A stretch of 64,000 nt of DNA from Mobula hypostoma (lineage: Eukaryota). Positions 62,655 to 64,000 of this stretch are shown here, piece after piece (position 1 is the first letter of the stretch; each line of letters starts with the position of its first letter). The DNA is taken from assembly GCF_963921235.1 (NCBI RefSeq), contig NC_086097.1, positions 142,540,001-142,604,000 on the forward strand, read 5' to 3'. The position numbers and the translations under genes are program-made. Below the pieces are notes generated by a model that saw nothing but the letters and a program-made list of their open reading frames with translations, did no database searches and was not told the origin of the DNA.

Positions 62655-63500
62655 TCAGAATCAGGTTTAATATCACCAATGTAGGTTGTGAAATTTGTTA
62701 ACTTAGTGACAGCAGTACGATGCAATACATTAACAGTAAGTGTGTGTGTGTGTATATATTAGTTAAATTAAAAATAGTGCAAAAACAGAAAAGAAAGAGA
62801 GGTAGTGTTCATGGGTTCAGTGTCCATTTAGGAATTGTATGGCAGAGGGGAAGAAGCTGTTTCTGAATCGTTGAAACATAGAAAACCTACAGCACGATAC
62901 AGGCTCTTTGGCCCACAATGCTGTACTGAACATGTCCTTACCTTAGAAATTACCTAGGGTTACCCATAGCCCTCTATTTGTCTGAGCTCCATGTACCTGT
63001 CCAGGAGTCTCTTAAAAGACCCTAATGTATCCACCTCCACCACTGTCACCCCATTCCATGCACTCACCACTCTCTGCATTTAAAAAAAAACAACTTACCC
63101 CTGAAATCGCCTCTGTACCTACTTCCAAGCACCTTAAACCTGTGCTGTCTTGTGCTAGCCATTTCAGCCCTGAGAAAAAGTCTCTTGACTATCCACACAA
63201 TCAATGCCTCTTAGGCTTTGTACCTCCTTCCTGACAGTAACAAGGAGAAGAGGGTATGTTCCAGGTGATGGGGGGCCCTAAACTTTGGATGCCACCTTTC
63301 TGAGGCACCATTCCTTGAAGATATCTTGGATACTATGGAAGCTAGAACCCGTGATGGAATTGACTCGTTTTTACAACTTTCTGAAGCTTCTTATGGTCCT
63401 GTGCAGCATCACCAAACAGTGATGCAGTTTGTCAGAATGCTTGCCGCAGTACATCTATAGAAGTTTGAGTGTTTTAGGTGACAAGCCAAATGTCCTCAAA
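62655..63500 (-). mobile_element. Rex 3' remnant interrupted by a CR1 3' fragment (~62875-63205)
   Basis: atcagaatcaggtttaatatcacc Rex tail; catagaaaacctacagcac..ggcccacaatg CR1 tail. Confidence 0.65.
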
Positions 63501-63948
63501 TAACATTTTAATATGTAAGCTGCCAACCCAGGTCCTGGGAGTAGATCTGTTATCTACTTGAGCTTCTCAATCTCTTTGCCACCGTTCAAACAAAGTGGGT
63601 TAGAACCAGTCTAGGACTGAGCTTTAGAATGTTGGCCTTTTAATTTCCCAGCCAATCCGAGCTTGCTTCTAATTAGTAGTTGGAATGTAGCCCTTTAATC
63701 ACTCTTATTAATGCGCCAGCTAGTCTGGAACTATTCTCTGGATTTGCAATTTTGATTAAGCAATTAAAAACATATTTTTTGTAGTTTGTAGCATCATTAG
63801 CATAGCCAGCTTTGAATTGCAATTGACCTTGAGAAGGTACAGGTGAATCACCAGCTTGAACTGCAGCAGTGTTTCTGGTGAAGGTCTCTGACAATGCCAC
63901 GGGTAGTGGAGCTCCAGTATTTAAACACACTGAAGCACTAGCAGTGTA

Positions 63949-63974
63949 CACTCAGTGGCCACTTTATTAGGTAC
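63949..63974. mobile_element. Isolated Tc1-type terminal inverted repeat relic
   Basis: TA-CACTCAGTGGCCACTTTATTAGGTAC resembles a common Tc1 MITE end; no partner in the window. Confidence 0.45.
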
Positions 63975-64000
63975 TCGGGGATGCTTTTCTGCACAATACT

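Noticed and set aside
1..64000. CRISPR array, operon or prokaryotic defence system
   Set aside because: No regularly spaced repeat-spacer array; the sequence is intron-containing vertebrate DNA and all RT/nuclease ORFs belong to eukaryotic TEs.

Overview
Eukaryotic, repeat-rich vertebrate DNA. The CR1, Rex-Babar, Penelope, V-SINE and Deu-SINE content suggests a cartilaginous fish, probably a ray (inference). The only host protein-coding gene I can support is the 3' part (last four coding exons, + strand, 6832-33330) of a fold-type III PLP/Zn D-serine dehydratase (DSD1-like). The rest is mostly nested mobile DNA: CR1, Rex-Babar, Tx1, RTE and HERO-like LINEs, two Gypsy relics, Tc1, Tigger and hAT DNA transposons, SINEs and many Penelope-like elements (PLEs). 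The most striking signal is in the PLEs. They carry minimal type I hammerhead ribozyme motifs (AGUC-CUGANGA-stemII-GAAA-CG-UC-GACU), and most insertions are tail-out inverted repeats with 12-15 bp target-site duplications (TSDs). Six hammerhead copies (three sense, three antisense) lie in the 18.8 kb last intron of the DSD gene. Also present are an unexplained ~104 nt hairpin (51492-51595) and a probable promoter/first non-coding exon of a further gene near 53.8-54.1 kb. Family assignments rest on motifs recalled from memory, not on database searches. Boundaries without a TSD are approximate.
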